Positions 14,825 to 22,408 of a DNA stretch of 24,000 nt are shown here, piece by piece. The notes under the pieces were generated by a model. The model did no database searches, was not told the origin of the DNA, and saw only the letters and a program-made list of their open reading frames with translations. The translations under genes and the position numbers were made by a program. This stretch comes from Planobispora rosea (GTDB lineage Bacteria > Actinomycetota > Actinomycetes > Streptosporangiales > Streptosporangiaceae), in NCBI RefSeq assembly GCF_014648175.1, contig NZ_BMQP01000003.1, forward strand, positions 255,600 through 279,599. Direction: 5' to 3'. The stretch's first letter is position 1; each line of letters begins with the position of its first letter.

Positions 14825-15532
14825 GTGAAGGTCGCAGGCAGCGCCGTGCTCGGCGCCGACAGGGATCGTGTGTGGTCCGCGCTCCAGGATCCGGACGTGC
14901 TGGTGCGCACGATCCCCGGGTGCGAGCGCCTGGAGGAGACGGGGCCCGACACCTACCGGATGACGGTCACCGCGGGGGTCGCCTCGATCAAGGGCGTCTA
15001 CCAGGGTGAGGTCGCCCTGTCCGAGCCCGAGGCCCCGAGCCGCTTCGTGCTGCGCGCCCGGGGCCAGGGCGCCCCGGGCACGGTGGAGGCCACGGTGGAG
15101 GTACGGCTCAGCGAGGTCGACGGCGGCACCCGGGTCGACTACGACGCCGAGGCCGTGGTCGGCGGCATGATCGGCGGCGTCGGTCAGCGGATGCTCGGCA
15201 CGGTGGCGAAGCGGACCGCGGGCGAGTTCTTCTCCGCGGTCGAGAATCACCTGGTCTCCGGCGTCTCCGGCGTCTCCGGCGCGGACGGACCGGTGCCCGG
15301 TACGGTCCCGGCCGCTCCCGCCCCCGCGGCAACATCCCCGGCGCGGCTCCCCGGCCCGGTGACCGCCGAGGCCCCGGGGCACCCGGCCCGGGTCTTCGAG
15401 CGGCCCGCCGCCGCCCCCCGGCAGGGCGTGCCGGCGTGGACGGTCATCACGGCGTTCGGGATGGGGGCGGGCGTCGCGCTCGGCAGCGCCGTGATCGGCT
15501 GGCTGCTGGGCCGCGCCGGCCGGAAGCGCTGA
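14825..15532 (+). CDS. CoxG/SRPBCC-family protein with a Pro/Ala linker and a C-terminal TM anchor
   Basis: VKVAGSAVLGADRDRVWSALQDPDVLVRTIPGCERLE...YRMTVTAGVASIKGVYQGEV matches the CoxG-type SRPBCC pattern. The C-terminus WTVITAFGMGAGVALGSAVIGWLLG is a TM helix. The start could be GTG 14825, GTG 14816 or TTG 14807. Confidence 0.8.
   Translation: MKVAGSAVLGADRDRVWSALQDPDVLVRTIPGCERLEETGPDTYRMTVTAGVASIKGVYQGEVALSEPEAPSRFVLRARGQGAPGTVEATVEVRLSEVDGGTRVDYDAEAVVGGMIGGVGQRMLGTVAKRTAGEFFSAVENHLVSGVSGVSGADGPVPGTVPAAPAPAATSPARLPGPVTAEAPGHPARVFERPAAAPRQGVPAWTVITAFGMGAGVALGSAVIGWLLGRAGRKR
15254..15280 (+). repeat. three perfect in-frame tandem copies of GTCTCCGGC, encoding (VSG)x3
   Basis: Read directly at 15254-15262, 15263-15271 and 15272-15280, inside the linker of the CoxG-like gene. 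Confidence 0.9.
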
Positions 15533-15565
15533 TTCCGCCTGCCCTCCCCGCCAGAAAGGAGGATT

Positions 15566-15604
15566 GTGGGGCGGACCCTCGCGAATATGGATCTTCCGGC
15601 GTAA
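15566..15604 (+). other. candidate 12-codon upstream ORF (VGRTLANMDLPA) preceded by AAAGGAGG
   Basis: Canonical SD AAAGGAGG at 15555-15562, GTG at 15566 (a short 3-nt spacer) and TAA at 15602-15604. The stop lies 9 nt before the ATG of the downstream gene, which itself lacks a clear SD. Confidence 0.25.
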
Positions 15605-15613
15605 CGTGACGGT

Positions 15614-16516
15614 ATGCGCGAGGCACGTGCGGAGGACGCCCGGACCGAGGCCAGGCGGCTGATCCGGGATCTCCTCGGCGAGGACCGGCCGTCTGCCGGT
15701 GTCCTGCTGCGCGAGGCGCAGGCCGTGCTGGGCACGGACCGCGTCACGCGCTGCACCGAACTCATCCGGGGGGCCCCGCTGACCCGCAGGTCCGCCGAGC
15801 TCGCCTCGCTGGCCGGGCTGCTGGTGGGCACCCGCGAGCTGGGGACGGAGTGGTGGGAACGACCTCGCGCCGGAGGGGTCCCCGCGCCCGACGACGTGCT
15901 CCGGTCCGCCGGTGCCGTCGGCTCCTGGACCGACCTGACCGCGCTGGAGATGCTGGCCGCCCGGATCGCCGACGACGCCGCGGACCGGACGTGGGGACCG
16001 CCCGTCGCGGTCACCGACCTGAACTCCTGGCAGGCGGAGGACCGGATCACGCTCCCCCCCGACGCCGTCCCCGGCCAGCGGGTCGTGGTCTCCTTCGACG
16101 CGGGCGGGCGGCTCGACGCGGTGGTGGTCCGCCGCCCCGACGACGACCTGGGGTCGAACCTGGACTTCAGCTCGTTGCGCTACTCCCGCCCGGCCGAGGC
16201 CCAGTGGAGCTGGGGCGTCGCCGGGGGGCTGGGCCCGCACCACCTCGCCGGTGAGGATCCCGATCCCTATCAGGTGCCCGTGGACGGCACCGCCGCCCGG
16301 GTCCTGCGCGACTGGGCTCTGCGCCACGGCGCCACGGCCGAGCAGACGGGCCGGGAGTGGCGCGTCAAGGGCGACGTGGTGGCCGCGATCGAGCGGGTCG
16401 ACTGGATGTGGCGCAGCGGCGAGTGGTTCGCCTGGTGGCGCGGGGTCGCCGCGCTCGTCGACGGGGATCCCGCGCAGCTGTCCGCCCGCCTGGAGGAGAT
16501 CACCGCGGCCTCCTGA
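15614..16516 (+). CDS. hypothetical protein (Trp-rich, no recognisable domain)
   Basis: 300-aa ORF with consistently high GC3. No motif that I can assign. Confidence 0.7.
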   Translation: MREARAEDARTEARRLIRDLLGEDRPSAGVLLREAQAVLGTDRVTRCTELIRGAPLTRRSAELASLAGLLVGTRELGTEWWERPRAGGVPAPDDVLRSAGAVGSWTDLTALEMLAARIADDAADRTWGPPVAVTDLNSWQAEDRITLPPDAVPGQRVVVSFDAGGRLDAVVVRRPDDDLGSNLDFSSLRYSRPAEAQWSWGVAGGLGPHHLAGEDPDPYQVPVDGTAARVLRDWALRHGATAEQTGREWRVKGDVVAAIERVDWMWRSGEWFAWWRGVAALVDGDPAQLSARLEEITAAS

Positions 16517-16617
16517 CCCGGCCCGTTCCGAGGGGGCCGCCCGGCGCCTGGTCCCGCCCGCTTCGCGGTGGGGCGCCCGGCGCCCGATCGCGTCCACTTC
16601 TCCGGCGGGCCGCCCGG

Positions 16618-17355
16618 CTATCTTCCGGCGATCAGGTCGGCCACCCCGTCGAGGATCCGGGCCAGGCCGAAGGCGAGCGCGTGCGCGGGGTCGGAGGCTC
16701 CCTGGTGCTCCTGGCCGGCCGCCGTGCCGACCCGGGAGGCCACGGGGAAGCGGGAGGCGTCCATGACCTTGTCGAGGACGGGCGCGCTGGCCAGCCACCA
16801 TTCGGTCTCGTTCATCCCGGTGGCCTGCTCGATCTGGTCCAGGCCGGCCCTGACCCGGGCCGTGCCCTCCACGTGGGTCAGGACCAGGGCGAGCACGGAG
16901 TCCATCTCGACGTCGGAGAGCCCGATGCCGTCCAGGGGGCGCAGCTCGGCCTCGTATTTGAGCGAGGCGTTGGGTCCCAGCACCGGGCGGGGGGTGACGA
17001 GCTGCAACATCCAGGGGTGCCGCCGGTAGAGGTCCCAGTTGCGCGCGGCGACGAACTCCAGCGCCCCGCGCCAGCCGTCGGGCTGGGCGGACGGCTCGTC
17101 CACGTCCCGGTAGAGCTCCCCGTAGGCGGCGTCGATCATGAGATCGGTCAGCTCGGTCTTGCCGGGCACATGGGTGTAGAGGGACATGGTGCCCACCCCG
17201 AGCCGCTCGGCGACGTGGCGCATGGACAGGGCGTCCAGGCCTTCGGCGTCGGCGATCCCGATCGCGGCCTCGACGATGGCGCGCACCGTCAGGCCTGAGC
17301 GCCCCGGCTTGGTGTGCGAGCCCCACAGCAGCGCCAGGCTGCGGGCCATGTCCAT
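16618..17355 (-). CDS. TetR/AcrR-family transcriptional regulator
   Basis: The HTH region reads LTVRAIVEAAIGIADAEGLDALSMRHVAERLGVGTMSLYTHVPGKTEL, preceded by an LLWG motif. It is divergent from an ABC efflux pair. Possible starts are ATG 17355, GTG 17379 (GGAG SD) and TTG 17394. Confidence 0.9.
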   Translation of the reverse strand: MDMARSLALLWGSHTKPGRSGLTVRAIVEAAIGIADAEGLDALSMRHVAERLGVGTMSLYTHVPGKTELTDLMIDAAYGELYRDVDEPSAQPDGWRGALEFVAARNWDLYRRHPWMLQLVTPRPVLGPNASLKYEAELRPLDGIGLSDVEMDSVLALVLTHVEGTARVRAGLDQIEQATGMNETEWWLASAPVLDKVMDASRFPVASRVGTAAGQEHQGASDPAHALAFGLARILDGVADLIAGR

Positions 17356-17434
17356 GTCGGGGACCTTCTTTCCGCTCACGGGAACAGACTCCAAATCCTC
17401 GTCGTTCTCTCCATCGTAGTGCTTCCGTACGTTG

Positions 17435-17453
17435 TACCGTACGTAATACGGTA
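17435..17453. promoter_or_regulatory. inverted repeat TACCGTA-N5-TACGGTA (candidate TetR operator)
   Basis: The 7-bp arms are exact, in an AT-richer patch of the TetR/ABC divergent intergenic region. CCGTACG also recurs at 17424-17430 and 17437-17443. A TAATGT -10-like hexamer overlaps at 17452-17457. Confidence 0.45.
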
Positions 17454-17516
17454 ATGTTTGCGGCGCCTCGCCGGCAGCGGCGGCGAGGCGGAGGAGCGAG
17501 CACGGAAGGGGACGGT

Positions 17517-18551
17517 GTGAGGGAAGCGGAGAGCGCCATCACCGCACAGGGGGTGCGCAAGAACTACGGAGGGCAGCCGAGCGGGGCGGGCCTGAACGGC
17601 TTCGACCTGCGGGTGCCCGCGGGTTCCGTCTGCGGGCTGCTGGGGCCGAACGGGGCCGGGAAGACGACGGCGGTCCGGATCCTGTCCACGCTGCTGAGCA
17701 TGGACGCGGGCCGGGCGAGCGTGGCCGGGTTCGACGTCCGGACGCAGGGGCGGCAGGTCCGCGAGCGCATCGGGCTGGTCGGGCAGTACGCCGCGGTGGA
17801 CGAGATCCTGACCGGGCGGCAGAACCTGGTGATGTTCGGCAGGCTGAACCACCTGTCCGCGGCGGCGGCCAGGAGGCGGGCCGATGAGCTGCTGGAGCGG
17901 TTCTCGCTCACCGAGGCGGCGGGGCGGCCGGTGAGCGGCTACTCGGGAGGCATGCGCCGCAGGCTCGACCTCGCGGCGAGCCTGATCGTGTCACCGCCGG
18001 TGCTGTTCGTCGACGAGCCGACGACGGGGCTCGACCCGGCGGCCCGCCGGGAGGTGTGGGCGGCCGTGCGCGAGCTGGTGGACGCCGGCACCACGGTGCT
18101 GCTGACCACGCAGTACCTGGAGGAGGCCGACCGGCTGGCGGACCGCATCTCCATGCTCGGGGCGGGCCGGGTCGTCGCGGAGGGAAGCCCCGACGAGCTC
18201 AAGTCCGCCATCGGCGGGGACTGGATCGACCTGGTGCTCTCCGAGCCGGTGGACGTCGAGGCGGCCCGGCCCATCGCCGCCCGGCTCGCCTCCGGAGAGC
18301 CGCTCGTCGACGGTCCCGCCCGCCGGATCGGCATCCCCGTGGCCGAGCGCACCCGGGCGCTGATCCAGGTCGCGACCGCGCTGAACGAGGCGGGGATCGA
18401 GCCGGAGGACATCATGCTCCGCCGTCCCACCCTCGACGAGGTCTTCCTGCACCTGACGGGTGAGGGCGCGGCGACCGTACCCGCAGGTCCGGCGAGAACC
18501 GGCGTGCGCGTGAACGCCGGATCCGGCAACACGACGGAGGAGTCCCGATGA
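17517..18551 (+). CDS. ABC transporter ATP-binding protein, DrrA-like (ABC-2 exporter family)
   Basis: Walker A GPNGAGKTT, signature SGGMRRRL and Walker B VLFVDEPTTGLD. I prefer the GTG 17517 start because SD GGAAGGGGA precedes it and it gives the usual short N-terminus. Confidence 0.92.
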   Translation: MREAESAITAQGVRKNYGGQPSGAGLNGFDLRVPAGSVCGLLGPNGAGKTTAVRILSTLLSMDAGRASVAGFDVRTQGRQVRERIGLVGQYAAVDEILTGRQNLVMFGRLNHLSAAAARRRADELLERFSLTEAAGRPVSGYSGGMRRRLDLAASLIVSPPVLFVDEPTTGLDPAARREVWAAVRELVDAGTTVLLTTQYLEEADRLADRISMLGAGRVVAEGSPDELKSAIGGDWIDLVLSEPVDVEAARPIAARLASGEPLVDGPARRIGIPVAERTRALIQVATALNEAGIEPEDIMLRRPTLDEVFLHLTGEGAATVPAGPARTGVRVNAGSGNTTEESR

Positions 18552-19378
18552 GCATGCCCGCCCACCCCCTCTCCCCGGGCTCGCCGCTGTCCCGGCTCGG
18601 CTGGGCCCTGGCGGACGCCTGGACGGTCACCCTGCGCGACCTGAACCACTGGGTCCTGCGGCCGGGCACCGTCATCGTCGGATGGCTCTTCCCCGTCATG
18701 ATCGTGCTGATGTTCGGCGGCCTGTTCGGCGGTGCGATCGACACCCCCGGCGGGAGCGGGTACTTCGAGTTCCTGATGCCCGGCATGTTCGCCCTGACCA
18801 TGCTCTTCGGCCTGGAGTCCACCATGATGGCCGTCACCACGGACGCGGCCAAGGGGGTGACCGACCGGTTCCGCTCGTTGCCGATGAGCTCCTCGGCCGT
18901 CGTGCTGGGCCGGTGCGTCGCCGACATGCTCAACTCGGTCGTCGGCCTGGCCGTCATGGTCGGAGCCGGCCTGGCGCTGGGCTGGAGGTGGCACGGCGGG
19001 ATCGGCGCCGCCCTCGCCGCCGTCGGCCTGCTCCTCCTGCTGCGCTTCGCCCTGCTCTGGGTGGGAATCTTCATCGGCCTGGTCGCGGGCGGACCGGAGG
19101 TGGTGACGGCGGTCCAGATCCTGGTCTGGCCCGTGGGCTTCCTGTCGAACGTCTTCGTCGATCCGGCGACGATGTCCGCCTGGCTCGGCGCGATCGCCGC
19201 GTGGAACCCCCTGTCGGTGACCGCCTCGGCCGTCCGTGAGCTCTTCGGCAACCCCGGGTACGGGGGAGAGTCGTGGATCGCGCAGAACGCGGCTCTCATG
19301 TCGGTCGCCTGGCCGCTTCTGATCACCGCCGTCTTCCTGCCTCTCTCCGTGCGCACGTTCAGGAAGCTGAAGGGCTGA
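18548..19378 (+). CDS. ABC-2-type transporter permease, DrrB-like
   Basis: ATGA start/stop overlap with the ATPase gene. About 6 TM helices over 276 aa, typical of ABC-2 permeases. Confidence 0.85.
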   Translation: MSMPAHPLSPGSPLSRLGWALADAWTVTLRDLNHWVLRPGTVIVGWLFPVMIVLMFGGLFGGAIDTPGGSGYFEFLMPGMFALTMLFGLESTMMAVTTDAAKGVTDRFRSLPMSSSAVVLGRCVADMLNSVVGLAVMVGAGLALGWRWHGGIGAALAAVGLLLLLRFALLWVGIFIGLVAGGPEVVTAVQILVWPVGFLSNVFVDPATMSAWLGAIAAWNPLSVTASAVRELFGNPGYGGESWIAQNAALMSVAWPLLITAVFLPLSVRTFRKLKG

Positions 19379-19419
19379 TCCTCGGCCGGTTCTTCCGCGC
19401 CCACCCCACCGGAGGTACG

Positions 19420-19452
19420 GGTTCCGCGGGTACGGGCGGCCCCGCGGAATCC
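19420..19452 (+). terminator. hairpin downstream of the ABC permease gene
   Basis: GGTTCCGCGGG (19420-19430) pairs with CCCGCGGAATCC (19441-19452), with a one-nucleotide bulge and a 10-nt loop. Confidence 0.45.
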
Positions 19453-19474
19453 CGGGCGGGACGTTGCCGTTGGG

Positions 19475-20179
19475 ATGAGGAAAAGGACCGGCGGAAGGAC
19501 GATCGTGCAGCGAGCCGCACGCGCGGGGCTGGCAGCGGTGGGCACCGGGGCGATGATCGTCCTCGGCCTGGACCTGGCCTACCTGGCCGAGGTCGACCCG
19601 TTCCGGCGGACGATCAGCGAGCACGGGATCGGGGAGCACGGCTGGCTCTTCTCGCTGGGGCTGGGCCTGCTCGCCGCCGGCTCGCTGGCCATCGGGGCGG
19701 TCCTGGTCAGACGGGGGCTGACCACCGTCCGGTCGCTCGGCGTGCTCGCGCTGCTCGCGTGGAGCGCCGGGCTGCTGGTGACCGCCTGGTTCCCCAAACA
19801 CGACTGGTCCGTCGGCCCGAGCCTCAGCGGGAGCATCCACCGGGTGGGCGGCATCGTCGCCTTCCTCAGCCTGCCCCTCGCCGCCCTGATCATCTCCCGG
19901 CCGTGGCGGCGCCATCCCGAGTGGCGCGGCTCCGCACTGGTGGTGTCCGTGCTGGGGCTGGGATCGTTGCTGTGGGTGCTGGGCATCGCCGGGGCCGTGG
20001 TGGCCGCCGAGCGCAGCGGACTGCCCTGGTGGCGGGTGATGCCGCTCGGCCTGGTCGAGCGGGGCATGGCCGTCACCGAGGTCGCGGCACTGGCCGCGCT
20101 GGGGTTCTGGGCGGCCCGCCGGGAGACGGTACGGCCGGCCGTACCGGATCAGCCGGTCCCGAGGTCCCCGGTGCGGTAG
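19475..20179 (+). CDS. polytopic membrane protein (DUF998-like)
   Basis: About 6 hydrophobic helices and high GC3. The motif EHG...W...H..G is reminiscent of DUF998 (recall only). An alternative start at GTG 19505 has a better SD (GGAAGGA). The 3' end overlaps convergent tdk by 31 nt. Confidence 0.65.
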   Translation: MRKRTGGRTIVQRAARAGLAAVGTGAMIVLGLDLAYLAEVDPFRRTISEHGIGEHGWLFSLGLGLLAAGSLAIGAVLVRRGLTTVRSLGVLALLAWSAGLLVTAWFPKHDWSVGPSLSGSIHRVGGIVAFLSLPLAALIISRPWRRHPEWRGSALVVSVLGLGSLLWVLGIAGAVVAAERSGLPWWRVMPLGLVERGMAVTEVAALAALGFWAARRETVRPAVPDQPVPRSPVR

Positions 20180-20823
20180 TGGCGGCGGCACAGGACCTGG
20201 TAGCGGACCGGGTCGTCGCCGGTGTCGCCGATCACGATCTGCTCACCGGTGCGGACGAGCTTGCCCTCGACCACCCGGGCGTTCAACCGGCCGGGGCGGC
20301 CGCACCAGCACAGGACCTCGACCTGCAGGCGGCTGATCTCGTCGGCCAGCTCGAACAGGCGCTGGGCGGCGGGGAACATCTGGGAGCGGAAGTCGGAGGC
20401 CAGGCCGAAGGCGTAGACGTCGATGCCGTGCTCGTCGGCGAGGTCGGCGAGCTGCTCGATCTGCTCCACCGTGTAGAAGCAGGCCTCGTCGCAGATCACG
20501 TAGTCGATCGGCCCGCGCGTCAGGACCAGCGTCACCAGATCGAGACGGTCCTCGACCTCGATGGCCTCGCTGCCCAGGCCGATCCGGCTGGTGACCCGCG
20601 GCCCGCCCGAACGGTCGTGCTTGGTCAGCACGAGACCACGTCTGCCCTGCCGGCCGTGGTTGTAGTTCATCTGCAGGGCCAGGGTGGACTTGCCGCAGTC
20701 CATCGGGCCGAAGTAGAAGCGCAGCACCCCGTCCCGGGATCCGGCGGGGACGGAGGAGAGCGCAGACAATTCGGTCACGGCGGGCCAGCTTAGCGGGTTC
20801 GCAGGGAGCGTTTGGGCAGGCAT
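20149..20823 (-). CDS. tdk: thymidine kinase
   Basis: P-loop FGPMDCGKST, DEACF, and the zinc-ribbon Cys pairs CWCG...CRRH. I chose ATG 20823. The longer track ORF to 20994 is unsupported, and a shorter GTG start is possible. Confidence 0.92.
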   Translation of the reverse strand: MPAQTLPANPLSWPAVTELSALSSVPAGSRDGVLRFYFGPMDCGKSTLALQMNYNHGRQGRRGLVLTKHDRSGGPRVTSRIGLGSEAIEVEDRLDLVTLVLTRGPIDYVICDEACFYTVEQIEQLADLADEHGIDVYAFGLASDFRSQMFPAAQRLFELADEISRLQVEVLCWCGRPGRLNARVVEGKLVRTGEQIVIGDTGDDPVRYQVLCRRHYRTGDLGTG

Positions 20824-20915
20824 GCTCTTGGTAGGAATGTCAGATCCCGCGCTGGTCAAGGTCCGACTTGGCCGGTTTCCGTAAAGCGTGGGAGATTCTT
20901 TTGGCCGACCGAGAC

Positions 20916-21398
20916 ATGGGAGAACATGTGACGACAGCCAAAACGCCCACCCTGCCCGCCGCCCGGCCGGCGCCGGGCCCGGACGCCCCGGCACCCGCCG
21001 CCTCCGGCGCCGTTCCCGCCGCCGCCCCCACCGGGGAGATCCCTCCCGCCCTCGCCGCGATGATGACCGAGGACGAGAGGGTCGCGGCCCAGTCGGAGGC
21101 GGCCCGCTGGAGGTACGGGTTCTTCAGCGTCCTGACCGGCCTGATCGTCATCCTGGTCGGCTTCGTGGTGATCGCGCTGACCGGCGACGGGGACGACGCC
21201 TCGTTCGCCGGGCTCGTCGGGGTCGCCGGGGCGATCGTCGGCGCCTACTTCGGGTTCCAGATCGGCCAGTCGGGCAAGGCCCGGATCGAGTCCGAACTGC
21301 GCCGGACGAACGAGCTGGCGATCCGGCTCGCCGCCAAGATCCACGCGCATGACGCCGACGCCGTGATCAACTCCACGATGGGCGTCCGCCGCCGCTAG
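20916..21398 (+). CDS. small membrane protein: Pro/Ala-rich N-terminus, 2 TM, C-terminal amphipathic helix; unknown function
   Basis: High GC3. TM helices are FFSVLTGLIVILVGFVVIALTG and FAGLVGVAGAIVGAYFGFQIG. The start is uncertain (ATG 20916, GTG 20928 or TTG 20868). Confidence 0.6.
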   Translation: MGEHVTTAKTPTLPAARPAPGPDAPAPAASGAVPAAAPTGEIPPALAAMMTEDERVAAQSEAARWRYGFFSVLTGLIVILVGFVVIALTGDGDDASFAGLVGVAGAIVGAYFGFQIGQSGKARIESELRRTNELAIRLAAKIHAHDADAVINSTMGVRRR

Positions 21399-21424
21399 CC
21401 GGTGATCGGGTGCCCGCGCGCACC

Positions 21425-21451
21425 GTACGGCGGCGCCGATGACCGCCGTAC
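21425..21451. terminator. 9-bp perfect stem-loop between convergent genes
   Basis: GTACGGCGG (21425-21433) pairs exactly with CCGCCGTAC (21443-21451) around a 9-nt loop. Confidence 0.45.
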
Positions 21452-21543
21452 CTCCTCGCCACACCGGCGCCGGGAAGGGAACCCGGCAGGCCGGAGTGGT
21501 GAGGACGGTTCCGGCGTGAGGACGGGTTCCGTCGTGTTCTCCG

Positions 21544-22245
21544 TCAGCCGGTGGACTGCGGGACGATCGGGCCCTCGCTGGCCTGGACCAGGACGAAGCC
21601 CTGCCCCCGGAAGGCGAGCTGCATGGCCTCGCCGCTCCCGCGACCGATCATCGCGCCCGCCTTGAAGGTGTGGTTGACGCCCACGTGCAGGCCGGCGCTC
21701 CAGCACACCGCGGACTGGCCGTCGGCGAAGGTCGGCGCCTGGGAGGCGTCGAGCAGCACCGGCGCGCCGTGCGCGGTGACCGCCACCCAGCCGGTGCCCG
21801 TCAGCGTGGTGTTGAACAGGCCGCCGGCGGCGATCCCGGCACCCTGCACCCGCTGGATGTCCCAGGTGAGCTGCGGATCGAAGGCCAGCAGGTTCCTGCC
21901 GTTGACGGTCAGCGCCTCGTTCTCCAGATAGAACAGGTGCACGTCCTGCGCCTTGTCGGCGAGGAAGAGCAGGCCCTGCCCGCGTACGCGCATCAGCGGC
22001 GCGCCCTCCCCGGTCATCATCTTCTTCAGGAACTTGCCGACCCCGCCCGATCCCTCGTAGTTGAAGTCCATGTTCCCCTGGAAGGCGACCATCGAGCCCT
22101 GCCGCGCCAGCACCTCCCCGTTGAGCTGTACCCGCAGCATCTTGTTGTTCTGCAGGACGAAGTGCCCGGGCGCCTGACCCTCGTTCAGGTTGCCGAAGAA
22201 CGCACTGCGCACGAAAACCGCCTTCTCGTCGGTCGGGGTCTGCAT
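21544..22245 (-). CDS. AIM24-family protein (DUF124/TIGR00266-like)
   Basis: The pattern from MQTPTDEK... through ARQGSMVAFQGNMDF, GEGAPLMRVRGQG, WVAVTAHGAPVLLD and GEAMQLAFRGQGFVLVQ is typical of AIM24. The part of the track ORF upstream of ATG 22245 is antisense to the next gene. Confidence 0.85.
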   Translation of the reverse strand: MQTPTDEKAVFVRSAFFGNLNEGQAPGHFVLQNNKMLRVQLNGEVLARQGSMVAFQGNMDFNYEGSGGVGKFLKKMMTGEGAPLMRVRGQGLLFLADKAQDVHLFYLENEALTVNGRNLLAFDPQLTWDIQRVQGAGIAAGGLFNTTLTGTGWVAVTAHGAPVLLDASQAPTFADGQSAVCWSAGLHVGVNHTFKAGAMIGRGSGEAMQLAFRGQGFVLVQASEGPIVPQSTG

Positions 22246-22408
22246 CGGATCCGCACCATGAGTGACGAACGGCACGGGGTGCGAGTTCCACGGGTCCGCA
22301 GGTGAGCCCGGGCAGGAGGGCGGGCCGACGAGATTGCCAAGGATCCGGGACGGTTTCGGCAGGGTCCGCCGATTTGCGGGCTCGGGGTGACTGGGTAGAC
22401 ACGGGGGC

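Noticed and set aside
13778-17560. 1260-aa - strand ORF, the longest in the track
   Set aside because: It runs antisense across four well-supported + strand genes and off-frame across the TetR gene. The translation is dominated by R/G/P/A, has no domains, and does not follow the GC3 pattern of the real frames.
17939-20793. 750-aa - strand ORF (17939-20191) and 506-aa + strand ORF (19273-20793)
   Set aside because: The first is antisense to the ABC ATPase, permease and DUF998 genes. The second is off-frame over DUF998 and antisense to tdk. Both are low-complexity shadow ORFs.
20824-20994. Upstream 57 codons of the tdk track ORF
   Set aside because: The stretch has no similarity to Tdk and covers the divergent promoter region and the start of the neighbouring + strand ORF. 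ATG 20823 or a later start is sufficient.
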